A stretch of DNA of 64,000 nucleotides from an uncultured Thermoleophilia bacterium (lineage in GTDB: Bacteria; Actinomycetota; Thermoleophilia; UBA2241). The stretch is from positions 352,001 through 416,000 of the forward strand of contig CAVPCT010000003.1 in NCBI GenBank assembly GCA_963702475.1, in the 5' to 3' direction. Below are positions 14,241 to 23,873 of the stretch, one piece after another. The notes under the pieces were generated by a model. The model was not told where the DNA came from, made no database searches, and saw only the letters and a program-made list of their open reading frames with translations. Positions within the stretch are counted from its first letter, which is position 1. Every line of letters starts with the position of its first letter. The position numbers were made by a program, and so were the translations under genes.

Positions 14241-15778
14241 CTACGGTCTGATGACGACCGGCATGCCCACCACGATGCGGTCGAAGAGGTCGACGGCGTC
14301 CCAGTTGTGCATGCGGATACAGCCGTGCGACGCGTAGGTGCCGATGGAGCCGTCGGCGCTCGGAGGCACGCCGTGGATACCCACGCCCGTGGCGCTCGTG
14401 CCCATCCAGCGAGTGCCGAGCGGGTTCTCGGTGCCGGGCGGGATGGGCTGCGCGTCTTTCGCCCAGTCGGAGTCGGGCGGAAGCCAGGTGGGATCCTCGA
14501 TCTTGTCGACGATGTGGAAGCTGCCGGTCGGTGTGGGGTACGCGGGCGCTCCTGTGGCGACGCGGTAGGTCTTGACGACCTTGCCGTCGCGGTACAGGTA
14601 CAGCCTGAGCTCACCGATGTCGACGACGATCTGCCCCCCAGGGCCGTGAGCACGCTGCCGCCGACGATGCCGTCCGCGGTCATGCCGTACTGGGATTGGA
14701 ACTTCTTGACGGCCTTCTCGGTCTTGTCGTCGTACGTGCCGGTGATGTCGCCGGTATACACGCCGTCGGCGGCGAGCAGTTTCTGGAGCTTCCTGACGTC
14801 CTTGCCCTGGGCGCCCTTCCACATGGTCTTGGAGCCGAAGTGCTCGGTGCTGTCGACGAGAAACGTCTGCTTGCGGGTGACGACGTTGCCGCCCTTGTCC
14901 GAGGCCGTGACGGTGATGGTGTGCTTGCCTTGGGCGAGGCCCTTGAGGTCGATGCGGCCGCGGGACGCGGGACCCGAGTAGTCCACCTCCTCACCGTCCA
15001 CGACGACGGTGACCTTGGGCTCGCCGAGCTGGTCCTGCGCGTTGATGCTGAACTTGAACGAGGCGCGCTTCGCGACCTTGTCCACCGTGGTCGTCTTGAG
15101 CACCGGGGCCTCGGCGTCCACGTACACGTCCATCTGGCGCGCCGTGGAGTTGCCGGCCCGGTCGGTGGTCGTGAGGGTGACGTCAGAGGGGCCGTCCGCG
15201 AGTTTGACGCTGACCGAGTAGTTGCCGGCGGCGTCTGCCTGGCCGGAGGCCTTGATGGCGCCGCTGGTCACCGTGACCAGGGCGTAGGGCTCGGTGGTGC
15301 CGCTGAACGTGGGCGGTGAGGTGTTGAGGCGGCCCTGGCCGCTGGACGCCTCGAGCTTGAGCTTGGGAATGCTGGTGTCGACGGTGAAGCGCCAGGCTTC
15401 GTTCACGGTCCGTCGGATCAGGTTGGAGCTGCGGGCGCTGAACGTGACGGCGTGCTCGCCGTCGCCCAGCTCGCCGGTAGTGAACGTGAGCCTGTCGCCG
15501 TCCCGGCTGGTGCTCGCGGTGATGTTCTTGCCGTCCAGAGTGACGCGGATGTCCTTGAGGTTCGAGAGGCCGTTGATGTCCAGCACCACCTCGGTGGACG
15601 GGTTCCTGACGTACAAGCCCGGGCCCGGCGTGACGGCGGCGACGCGCGGCACGCCGATGACCTGCCAGGCGGCCACGGCTGCCAACAGGCACACCGCCGC
15701 GATGACGATGAAGGGCCAACGGCGGCGGCGCGTGTGTTGAGGCTCTTGCCTGTAGACGGTGTAGCCGGGGGTGGCCAC
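14241..15778 (-). CDS. L,D-transpeptidase (YkuD) with Ig-like and peptidoglycan-binding domains; apparent frameshift at ~14633
   Basis: N-terminal TM, Ig-like D.AGN repeats, PG-binding LQKLL...DGIVG; one-base shift joins QIVVD...GIHG...SHGCIRM catalytic domain. Confidence 0.88.
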
Positions 15779-15807
15779 TACTTCCTTTCTTGGACGATTT
15801 CGGTCCG

Positions 15808-15813
15808 ATTATA
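15808..15813 (-). promoter_or_regulatory. Sigma-70-type -10 box (TATAAT) upstream of the L,D-transpeptidase
   Basis: Minus strand cgggTATAATcggacc, about 30 nt upstream of GTG with RBS AAAGGAAG. Confidence 0.5.
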
Positions 15814-15898
15814 CCCGAGGACCCGGCCGGATGGAACGTTGGATGGCGGAATGTCCCAGAGAGCAGGAAAACGGCGGGCCGCGCGAAATGCGGGCCAC

Positions 15899-16669
15899 AT
15901 GGATGAAACGCTGAGCGACCTGCTGGCGGAGGTGGCCTCCGGCCGCCTCGCGCCGGACGCCGCCGCCGAGCGCCTGCGGCGCTTCGGTTACACGGCGGTG
16001 GGCGACTACGCGCGCCTTGACGTGTCGCGGGCGGCCCGCAAAGGCGTGCCCGAGGTCGTCTATGCCGAGGGCAAGACGGCGGAGCAGCTCGTCGAGATCG
16101 TCGGCCGCTTTCTGCAGCACGGTCCGGCGGTGCTGTGCAGTCGGGTCACGCCGGAGCAGGCAGCCGCACTCCTGGCCGGCGTGGCGGGCGAGCTCGAGCA
16201 TGACGAGCGCAGCCGTGTGGTGATCGCCCGCCGGCCCGGCGAGCAGCCGCCGGCGGGCCGCGGCGTCGTCGGCGTCCTCGCGGCCGGTACCAGCGACGTG
16301 CCCGCGGCCGGGGAGGCCGTCGCCATGTGCCGCGCCATGGGCGTCGCCGTCGTAACCGCTTTCGACGTGGGCGTGGCGGGTCTGCACAGGCTGGCGACCC
16401 CACTGGAGGAGATGCGCGCCGCCGGCGCCGCCGCCCTGGTCGTGGCCGCCGGCATGGAGGGCGCACTGCCGTCGGTCGTCACCGGACTCGCCGACGTGCC
16501 GGTGATCGGCCTTCCCACATCCACCGGCTACGGCCTGGGCGGACGCGGCGAGGCTGCGCTCCTCGGCATGCTCCAGAGTTGCAGCCCCGGCCTTGTCGTC
16601 GTGAACATCGACAACGGCATCGGCGCCGGGGCGACGGCGGCGCTCATCGCCAGGCGGAGCGCCACGTGA
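15899..16669 (+). CDS. larB: Nickel-pincer cofactor biosynthesis protein LarB (AIR-carboxylase-like)
   Basis: PEVVYAEGKT, AGTSD, DVGVAGLHRL, AGMEGALPSV, PTSTGYG, VVNIDNG. Confidence 0.92.
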   Translation: MDETLSDLLAEVASGRLAPDAAAERLRRFGYTAVGDYARLDVSRAARKGVPEVVYAEGKTAEQLVEIVGRFLQHGPAVLCSRVTPEQAAALLAGVAGELEHDERSRVVIARRPGEQPPAGRGVVGVLAAGTSDVPAAGEAVAMCRAMGVAVVTAFDVGVAGLHRLATPLEEMRAAGAAALVVAAGMEGALPSVVTGLADVPVIGLPTSTGYGLGGRGEAALLGMLQSCSPGLVVVNIDNGIGAGATAALIARRSAT

Positions 16670-17094
16670 AGACCGTCGCCCTGATCCTCCGCGACCACCG
16701 CGACGAGCTCTGGCAGGCGTTGTCAGACCGCGTGCGCGACGTCGTCGCGGAGGACTACCACGAGCTCATCGCCAGCCAGGTCGGGCAGCACATGGTGCGC
16801 AGCCTCACCGACGACTTCGTGACGTGCTCCGAGTCCGAGCCGTACGAGCTGCCCGGGTTGTACCGGCAGGCGGAGGAGCGGGTCGCGGGGGAGGCCACAT
16901 CACGCGTCCAGCTCGGCTTCGACCGCATGGACATGGTGCGCACCCTGCAGGGGCTGCGCGGCGCCGCCGTCGACGTGCTGGTCGACGCCATGGCCGCCGG
17001 AGAGGTGCCCTCCTTCGCCGACACCCTCTTCCAGCTCAGGGCCGTCGACGACCTGCTTGACGCGCTCGTGCGCGCCGTGTGGGAGGCGGCCTGA
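16666..17094 (+). CDS. Hypothetical helical protein, RsbRD-N/globin-like
   Basis: GTGA overlap with larB; ...RVQLGF...MVRTLQGLR.A pattern. Confidence 0.55.
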   Translation: MKTVALILRDHRDELWQALSDRVRDVVAEDYHELIASQVGQHMVRSLTDDFVTCSESEPYELPGLYRQAEERVAGEATSRVQLGFDRMDMVRTLQGLRGAAVDVLVDAMAAGEVPSFADTLFQLRAVDDLLDALVRAVWEAA

Positions 17095-17205
17095 CGGGCG
17101 TCGCGCCGGACGGCCGCCGCCGGCCGTCCGGCGATCCGCGCGCTTCTTCCCGCACCGCCGGGGGCTCACTTGCGCCTCTCCGGCGGCGCGGGTAGGGTGG
17201 CCGCG

Positions 17206-18270
17206 ATGCTTCAGCTGGCGCTCATCTACGGCGGCCGCTCGGCCGAGCACGAGATCTCCGTGGCCTCGGCCCGTTTCGTCTCCGCCATGCTCGACCGCGA
17301 CAGGTACGAGGTCGTCCCGGTGGGCATCACGAAAGAGGGTCGGTGGGTCCTGCCGCGTGACCCGGAGGCGGCTCTGGCCGATGGGCTCGAGGCGAGTCCG
17401 TGCGACCCTGTCCACCTCGTCGCCGACCCCGCGCAGCCTGGTCTGCTTGTCGCCGACGGGTCGTTCCGGCCGCTGGACTTCGCCTTTCCCATCATGCACG
17501 GCACGTTCGCCGAGGACGGCACCATCCAGGGGCTCCTGGAGATGGCCGGCCTCGCCTACGCGGGATCCGGCGTGCTGGCGAGCGCGGTCGGCATGGACAA
17601 GGAGATCATGAAGGCCGTCTTCGCCGCGGCCGGGCTGCCGCAGGTGGACCACGTCGTGCTGCGCGACGGCGCTGCCGTGGAGCCCGGCGCCGTCGCGCTG
17701 GTCGAAGACAGGCTCGCCTACCCGGTGTTCGTCAAGCCGGCCAATCTCGGCTCGAGCGTGGGCATGACCAAGGCCCACGACCGCGCCGAGCTCGCTCCGG
17801 CGCTCGGCCTGGCGGCCTCGTACGACCGCAAGGTCATCGTCGAGGCCACCTCGACGGGCCGCGAGATCGAGTGCGCGGTCCTGGGTAATGAGGAGCCGCG
17901 GGCCTCCGTCGCCGGCGAGGTCCTCCCCGTGAACGAGTACTACGACTACGAGTCCAAGTACACAGAGGGGATGATGGAGTTCGTCATCCCCGCCGCCGTC
18001 GACGACACCATCATGGCGCGCGCGCGGGCGCTGGCCCAGGCCGCCTTCTCGGCCATCGATGCCAGCGGGTTCGCGCGCTGTGACTTTTTCCTCGAGTCCG
18101 ACGGGCGTGTGCTCGTGAACGAGATCAACACCATCCCCGGCATGACAGCCATGAGCGGGTTCCCCCGTCTGTGGGCCGCCACGGGGGTCGACGGGCCGGC
18201 GCTGGTCGAGGAGATCGTGCGGCTCGGCCTGGCGCGGCACGAGGCGCGCGCCATCCGCACCGATCACTGA
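17206..18270 (+). CDS. ddl: D-alanine--D-alanine ligase
   Basis: GGRSAEHEIS, HG..AEDGTIQG, VKPANLGSSVG, YDYESKY, NEINTIPG. Confidence 0.96.
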   Translation: MLQLALIYGGRSAEHEISVASARFVSAMLDRDRYEVVPVGITKEGRWVLPRDPEAALADGLEASPCDPVHLVADPAQPGLLVADGSFRPLDFAFPIMHGTFAEDGTIQGLLEMAGLAYAGSGVLASAVGMDKEIMKAVFAAAGLPQVDHVVLRDGAAVEPGAVALVEDRLAYPVFVKPANLGSSVGMTKAHDRAELAPALGLAASYDRKVIVEATSTGREIECAVLGNEEPRASVAGEVLPVNEYYDYESKYTEGMMEFVIPAAVDDTIMARARALAQAAFSAIDASGFARCDFFLESDGRVLVNEINTIPGMTAMSGFPRLWAATGVDGPALVEEIVRLGLARHEARAIRTDH

Positions 18271-18374
18271 GCTACGGAAGAGGGCTCAGCTGACGGGGCG
18301 GCGCAGCGGCACCGGCTACTGAGCTACGGAAGAGGGCTCAGCTGACGGGGCGGCGCAGCGGCACCGGCTACTGA
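18266..18374. repeat. Perfect 52-bp tandem duplication overlapping the ddl stop codon
   Basis: ACTGAGCTACGGAAGAGGGCTCAGCTGACGGGGCGGCGCAGCGGCACCGGCT at 18266-18317 and 18318-18369, then ACTGA. Confidence 0.95.
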
Positions 18375-18413
18375 CCGACGCAGGCGCCGCCACCCAGGGG
18401 CGCCCCGCTCACC

Positions 18414-18827
18414 TCACCGCGAGCTGCGTGTGGCGCTGGGGTTCGTCACCCGTTCGACCCACTCTCTGAGGCCGACGTAGCGGAGGAGCTTGAACGCGCG
18501 CGTCTTGGCGTGGGCCTTCGCCGTGACGGTGAAGACCGCCGACCCGTCGGCCGCCGTGGACACCTCGAAGCCCATGAGCTCCTCGTTCGCGATCACCAGG
18601 GCCTGCTGCGCGGCGAGCTTGGCGGCGGTTGGGCTCTGTGTCTGGACGTACTCGGTCGCGGCCGCGCGAGCCGCGCGCAGGGCGTCGTCCTTGACGCTCT
18701 GGTTCGCCCAGAAGATGGCGAGGCCGTCCAGCACGGCGACGGCGAGGACCACGATGATGACGACGAGCCAGACGATCTCGCGGATGAAGCCGTCCTCTGC
18801 ACGCCAGCGTGCGCTCACCTTGCTCAC
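18414..18827 (-). CDS. Tad/Flp pilus-associated (TadE/TadG-like) small membrane protein
   Basis: RWRAEDG/FIREIVWLVVIIVVLAVAVLD..., A.RAARAAA; RBS GGAGG. Confidence 0.55.
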   Translation of the reverse strand: MSKVSARWRAEDGFIREIVWLVVIIVVLAVAVLDGLAIFWANQSVKDDALRAARAAATEYVQTQSPTAAKLAAQQALVIANEELMGFEVSTAADGSAVFTVTAKAHAKTRAFKLLRYVGLREWVERVTNPSATRSSR

Positions 18828-18858
18828 GCCTCCGTGGTCGCCTGCGGTCCTGTCGCAC

Positions 18859-20151
18859 TCAGTGTACTGCAGGGGGCGTGATGAGGTGGATGCAGAGCAC
18901 TGCCAGGTCGTCGGCGGGAGGCCGGGCCGAGAACGCCTCGCCCTCCTGGAGGAGCCGGTCCACGACCTCCGCTGCCGGGAGGTCGTGGCAGCCCCGCAGG
19001 ACGTCGGGGAGCGCGTCCTCGAAGAACCCGCCGGACGCGTCGCGCAGCTCGGTGAGTCCGTCGGTGAAGAACAGGACCACATCGCCTTGCCGCAGCTCGA
19101 TGGTCTCCTGAGGGTACGGCGCCAGCGCCGCGCCCAACTCGACGCCGATGGCCGGCTCCGTGAGCAGCAGCGGCCTCTCGACGCGGTCGGCGCGCACGAT
19201 GAAGGGCGTGGGGTGCCCGGCGCTGGCGAGCTGAAGGAGCCCACGCGTCACGCTCAGGGTGCCGAAGAGCACGGTGACGAAGCGCTCGAAGTCCCCTACG
19301 AAGTCCGGTTGCTCGAGGAGGGCCGTGCGCAGCTCCTGCAGCGCCTCGCCCGGATGGGTGGGCCACGACAGCTGACCGCCCTGGACGGCGGCGCGCAGCA
19401 CGTACTTCGTCACGAACGTGACGGCCATGGCGTCCACCCCCTTGCCGGCGACGTCGCCGATCGCGAACGCGAGGGCGCCCGGAGAGCGGCTGTAGAAGTC
19501 GACGAAGTCGCCGCCGCTCAAGACGCCGGCACTCGCCGAGCGATACGAGAAGGCGATGTCGAGTCCGTCCAGGCGCGGGGGCTTCTGGGGGAGCAGCTTG
19601 CGCTGCAGGCGGTCGGCGATGTCGGCCTGGACGGCGCAGAACTCGGTGACGCAGCGCCGCCGCTCCCGCACCTCGTCCAGGCGGACCGTAGCCAGGCGGG
19701 CCAGCGCCGCCAGCGCCTGCAGGTCGGCGTCGGTGTACGCCTCGTCCCGGCCGACCGCCACGAGACAGGGCGACGCCTCGGTCGGCGCGAGAGGTACGGC
19801 GGCGGCGTGGGTTACCTCGCCCCCGAAGACCCGCTCCGCCGCCGCGCCGCCGAGGGTCACCGGCGCCCCGCCGGCGCTGCCCGACGCGCCCACCCCAGGC
19901 GGCCACCGTTGGCTGCGGGCAGCCCATCCCTCGGTCTGGCGGTAGCGCTCCTGCGCCTCGGTCGCGCCGGCTTCGCCGCGTGCAACCAGGCCGTGCCCCG
20001 AGCGGGTGAGCCGGCAGGCGGCCTCGACCGTGGCGCGCAGCACGGCGTCGGTCTCGCAGGCCGCCGTCAGAGCGGCGACGGCGTCGAGGGCTCGCACCGT
20101 CGCATCGGCGTCGCTGCACAGGTGCTCGGGCGTTGTGTGGGGCGGCGCCAT
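18859..20151 (-). CDS. GAF + PP2C/SpoIIE (RsbU-like) phosphatase
   Basis: LQRKLLP, GGDFVD, IGDVAGKG, SAGHP, FTDGLTE, DDLAV. Confidence 0.9.
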   Translation of the reverse strand: MAPPHTTPEHLCSDADATVRALDAVAALTAACETDAVLRATVEAACRLTRSGHGLVARGEAGATEAQERYRQTEGWAARSQRWPPGVGASGSAGGAPVTLGGAAAERVFGGEVTHAAAVPLAPTEASPCLVAVGRDEAYTDADLQALAALARLATVRLDEVRERRRCVTEFCAVQADIADRLQRKLLPQKPPRLDGLDIAFSYRSASAGVLSGGDFVDFYSRSPGALAFAIGDVAGKGVDAMAVTFVTKYVLRAAVQGGQLSWPTHPGEALQELRTALLEQPDFVGDFERFVTVLFGTLSVTRGLLQLASAGHPTPFIVRADRVERPLLLTEPAIGVELGAALAPYPQETIELRQGDVVLFFTDGLTELRDASGGFFEDALPDVLRGCHDLPAAEVVDRLLQEGEAFSARPPADDLAVLCIHLITPPAVH

Positions 20152-20158
20152 GACCCGG

Positions 20159-20698
20159 TCAGCCGCGGGGCCGCGAGAGTGCCAGCGTGACCCCTGCCTG
20201 GATGCCGACGGCGACGATCGCCATGAGCAGGGCCCAGCTCATCGGCAGGCCCAGGATGTTCACCACGAACACGAGCGTCACCGCCCACAGGAGCGCACCG
20301 GGGAGGACGTTGCGGACGAGGCGGCGGCGCATGCCGAGCAGGGCGAGGCGCCGCCGCATCCCTTGGCCGCGGGCGGTGTCGTCCAGATAGCTGGCCGCGC
20401 GTGCGTGCAGCCGGGACGTGAGCTCGCTGCCGTCGGTGGCGTACAGACGGCAGTGCAGCGGCAACCCCGAGCGCCGGCGCAGCACTGCGTCCTGCGCCCG
20501 TGCGAAGTACTCCACCAGCGAGAAGAAGCGGTCATCCTGAGAGAGCTTGCCGCTGGCCAGCGTGATGTCCAGGTAGAGGCGGTTCTCCGCGACGTCGTAG
20601 AGGATCGACGAGCGCCAGGCGCGCCTGTCGAAGAACGCCCCGAGAAACCGGTCCAGGTCGGCCGGGATGGTCTCGACGTCCTGCGGTTCTCTCGTCAT
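20159..20698 (-). CDS. Hypothetical protein with two C-terminal TM helices
   Basis: Coding-like ORF, hydrophobic C-terminus, TACAAT 6 nt upstream of ATG. Confidence 0.65.
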   Translation of the reverse strand: MTREPQDVETIPADLDRFLGAFFDRRAWRSSILYDVAENRLYLDITLASGKLSQDDRFFSLVEYFARAQDAVLRRRSGLPLHCRLYATDGSELTSRLHARAASYLDDTARGQGMRRRLALLGMRRRLVRNVLPGALLWAVTLVFVVNILGLPMSWALLMAIVAVGIQAGVTLALSRPRG

Positions 20699-20832
20699 GG
20701 TCTGATTGTACCCGCGGGCGCGCGAGGCGGCAGCCGCAGACCCCGGGTCGGGGCCGGGCGCGGCGATACGGTAGACTACCCGCGGCCATCAACGGGCGGT
20801 CCCGCCCTGCACCCGGATCACAGGAGCTCTTC

Positions 20833-22098
20833 GTGAAGATCGCAGTCATCGGCCTCGGCTACGTCGGCCTGCCGCTGGCCATGGTGTTCGCGGAGGCGGG
20901 CACGCGGGTCGTCGGCATCGAGGCAGTGGCGGCGCGCTGCGACGAGGTCAATGCGGGCCGCAGCTACATCCAGGACGTGTCGTCCGACGCGCTGAAGGCA
21001 GTGGTCGACGCGGGGCTCGTCGGCGCCACCACCGACTACGCTGCGACCGAGGACTGCGACGCCATCATCATCTGCCTGCCCACGCCGCTCAACGCCAACC
21101 GCGAGCCCGACCTCTCGATGGTCAAGGACGCGACGGAGAAGCTGGCCGGGTACCTGCGGCGCGGCCAGCTGGTCACGCTGGAGAGCACCACCTACCCGGG
21201 CACGACGCGCGACGAGCTCGCGCCGATCCTCGAGAAGGGCTCAGGCCTCACCGCGGGCGTCGACTTCCACCTCGCCTTCTCGCCGGAGCGCGTCGACCCC
21301 GGCCGCACCGACTACACCACCAAGACCACGCCCAAGGTCATCGGCGGCCTCACCCCTGCGTGCACGGCGCGGGCGCTTGAGGTGTACGGGCCCGCGCTGG
21401 ACCACGTCGTACCGGTGAGCACCCCAGAGGTCGCGGAGATGACCAAGCTGCTGGAGAACATCTTCCGCAGCGTCAACATCGCCCTCATGAACGAGCTCGC
21501 CATGCTCTGCGACCGCATGAAGGTGGACGTGTGGGAGGTCATCGACGCGGCCGCCACCAAGCCGTTCGGCTTCATGAAGTTCCAGCCGGGACCGGGCCTG
21601 GGCGGCCACTGCATCCCCATCGACCCCTTCTACCTGAGCTGGAAGGCGCGCGCGTTCGACTTCTGGACGGAGTTCATCGAGCTGGCCGGCAAGGTCAACG
21701 AGAACATGCCGTACTTCTGCGTGGAGAAGCTGCACCGCGCGCTCAACACGCGCAACAAGAGTCTGAACGGGGCCAAGGTCCTCGTCCTGGGCGTCGCCTA
21801 CAAGGCGGACATCGACGACCTGCGCGAGAGCCCCGCGCTCAAGGTGATTCGCCTGCTGCGCGAGCACGGCGCCGACGTCGCCTATCACGACAGGTACTGC
21901 CCCGAGCTGGCCGAGTTCGGCCTGAGCTCGGTGCCGCTCGACGAGTATCGGAGCCTCGCCGGATACGACGTCGTGGCCATCGTCACGGCGCACTCGGACG
22001 TGGACTACCGGGCCCTCGTCAACGAGGCCGACCTAGTGGTCGACTTCCGCAACGCCACGGCCGGCATCCCGAGCACGGCCAACGTCTGGAAACTCTGA
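20833..22098 (+). CDS. UDP-N-acetylhexosamine 6-dehydrogenase (WbpA/WecC family)
   Basis: GLGYVG, ESTTYPGTT, SPERVDPG, KLLENIFRSVNIA, GGHCIPIDP, YKADIDDLRESP. Confidence 0.93.
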   Translation: MKIAVIGLGYVGLPLAMVFAEAGTRVVGIEAVAARCDEVNAGRSYIQDVSSDALKAVVDAGLVGATTDYAATEDCDAIIICLPTPLNANREPDLSMVKDATEKLAGYLRRGQLVTLESTTYPGTTRDELAPILEKGSGLTAGVDFHLAFSPERVDPGRTDYTTKTTPKVIGGLTPACTARALEVYGPALDHVVPVSTPEVAEMTKLLENIFRSVNIALMNELAMLCDRMKVDVWEVIDAAATKPFGFMKFQPGPGLGGHCIPIDPFYLSWKARAFDFWTEFIELAGKVNENMPYFCVEKLHRALNTRNKSLNGAKVLVLGVAYKADIDDLRESPALKVIRLLREHGADVAYHDRYCPELAEFGLSSVPLDEYRSLAGYDVVAIVTAHSDVDYRALVNEADLVVDFRNATAGIPSTANVWKL

Positions 22099-22113
22099 GA
22101 GGGAGAACAACCC

Positions 22114-23145
22114 GTGACTGCTGACAAGGTCCGCGTCGGCGTGGTCGGGCTCGGCTACTGGGGCCCCAACCTGGCGCGCAACTTCGACCGTCTGCCCGGC
22201 GCCGATCTGGCGTACTGCTGCGACTTGGACGAGGCCAACCTCGTCAAGGCGCGCAGCCTCTACCCCGAGACCGTGGTCACCGACGACCTCGACCTGCTGC
22301 TCACCGACGACACGCTTGACGCGGTGGTCGTCGCCACCTCCGTGCCCACGCACTACGCGCTCGGCAAGCGCGTGCTGGACGCGGGCAAGCACGCGTTCAT
22401 CGAGAAGCCCATCGCGCTCAAGGCCGTGGACGCGCAGGACCTGCTCGACAGGGCCGAGGCCAACGGCGTCAAGCTCATGGTCGGTCACCTGCTCGAGTAC
22501 CACCCGGCCGTGAACAAGATGAAGGAGCTCGTCGACTCCGGCGAGCTCGGCCGCGTGTTCTACGCCTACGCCAACCGCCTCAACCTGGGCAAGGTGCGCA
22601 CTGACGAGAACGCGCTGTGGAGCCTCGGCCCGCACGACGTCAGCGTGCTCAACTACCTCACCGGCGACGAGCCCGAGGAGGTCAGCGCCCGCGGCGAGTG
22701 CTACCTGCAGGACCAGGTCGAGGACGTGGTGTTCGGGTACATCCGCTACGCGAGCGGGATGGTGGGGCACCTGCACGTGAGCTGGCTCGATCCGCACAAG
22801 AGCCGCAAGATCACCGTGGTCGGCGAGAAGAAGATGGTGGTGTTCGACGACATGGAGTCGGAGCGTAAGCTCACTATCTACGACAAGGGCGCGACCACCA
22901 CGCGCACCAAGTTCGAGACCTACGGCGAGTTCGTCACCCTGCACTTCGGTGACATCCACATCCCCAAGATCGGCAACGACGAGCCGCTGCGCATCGAGTG
23001 CCAGCACTTCATCGATTGCATCGTGGACGACGCGACGCCGCGCAGCGACGGCTACGACGCGCTCAAGGTGGTCAAGGTGCTGGACGCCATGGAACGGAGC
23101 CTGCGCGAGGGCGGCCGCCCGGTGAAGACGGCCGAGCTGTCATGA
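22114..23145 (+). CDS. Gfo/Idh/MocA oxidoreductase (WbpB-like)
   Basis: GLGYWGPNLARN, EKP, GH.L.YHP, LGPHD. Confidence 0.9.
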   Translation: MTADKVRVGVVGLGYWGPNLARNFDRLPGADLAYCCDLDEANLVKARSLYPETVVTDDLDLLLTDDTLDAVVVATSVPTHYALGKRVLDAGKHAFIEKPIALKAVDAQDLLDRAEANGVKLMVGHLLEYHPAVNKMKELVDSGELGRVFYAYANRLNLGKVRTDENALWSLGPHDVSVLNYLTGDEPEEVSARGECYLQDQVEDVVFGYIRYASGMVGHLHVSWLDPHKSRKITVVGEKKMVVFDDMESERKLTIYDKGATTTRTKFETYGEFVTLHFGDIHIPKIGNDEPLRIECQHFIDCIVDDATPRSDGYDALKVVKVLDAMERSLREGGRPVKTAELS

Positions 23146-23861
23146 TGCTCTCGGGGGGTGTCTCCGAGCGCGCTCACAACCTGCTGCTCGGCGAGAACGT
23201 GCGCATCGGCGAGGGCGTCGTGTTCGGCGCCAACGTCGTGGTGTACGACGACACCGTCATCGGCGACGGCTGCTTCATCCAGGACGGCGCCGTGCTGGGC
23301 AAGGTGCCGTCCCTCTCGCCGACCAGCACCGCCAAGCGCGGGGAGCTCGCTCCGCTGGTGCTCGGCGCCGGCTGCGTGGTCAGCACCGGCGCGGTGGCCT
23401 ACCGCGGTACCACGCTCGGCGCCGGCTGCATCCTCGGCGACTACGCCGGCGTGCGCGAGCGCTGCACGCTTGGCGAGCGTGTCGTCGTCGGCCGCGGTAG
23501 CGTCGTCGAGAACGACACCACCATCGGCGACGGTACCAAGATCCAGACCAACGTGTACATCACCGCCTACATGACGATCGAGGACCGCTGCTTCATCGCC
23601 CCGTGCGTGCAGACCACCAACGACAACTTCATGGGGCGCACCGAGAAGCGGCATGCGCTCATCAAGGGCGCGACCATCCGCCGCGGCGCCCGCGTCGGCG
23701 GCGGCGTGGTGCTCTGCCCCGGCATCGAGATCGGCGAAGAGGCGTTCATCGCCGCCGGCGCCGTGGTCACGAAGGACGCGCCGGCCCGCAAGGTGCTCAT
23801 GGGCGTGCCGGCGCGCGTCGTGCGCGACGTGTACGAGGACGAGTTGCTCGAGAACCAGTAG
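23142..23861 (+). CDS. Hexapeptide-repeat N-acetyltransferase (WbpD-like)
   Basis: IGxG hexapeptide repeats, TND, AGAVVTKD, GVPAR; overlaps the upstream stop. Confidence 0.88.
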   Translation: MMLSGGVSERAHNLLLGENVRIGEGVVFGANVVVYDDTVIGDGCFIQDGAVLGKVPSLSPTSTAKRGELAPLVLGAGCVVSTGAVAYRGTTLGAGCILGDYAGVRERCTLGERVVVGRGSVVENDTTIGDGTKIQTNVYITAYMTIEDRCFIAPCVQTTNDNFMGRTEKRHALIKGATIRRGARVGGGVVLCPGIEIGEEAFIAAGAVVTKDAPARKVLMGVPARVVRDVYEDELLENQ

Positions 23862-23873
23862 TCTCGCCGCCCT

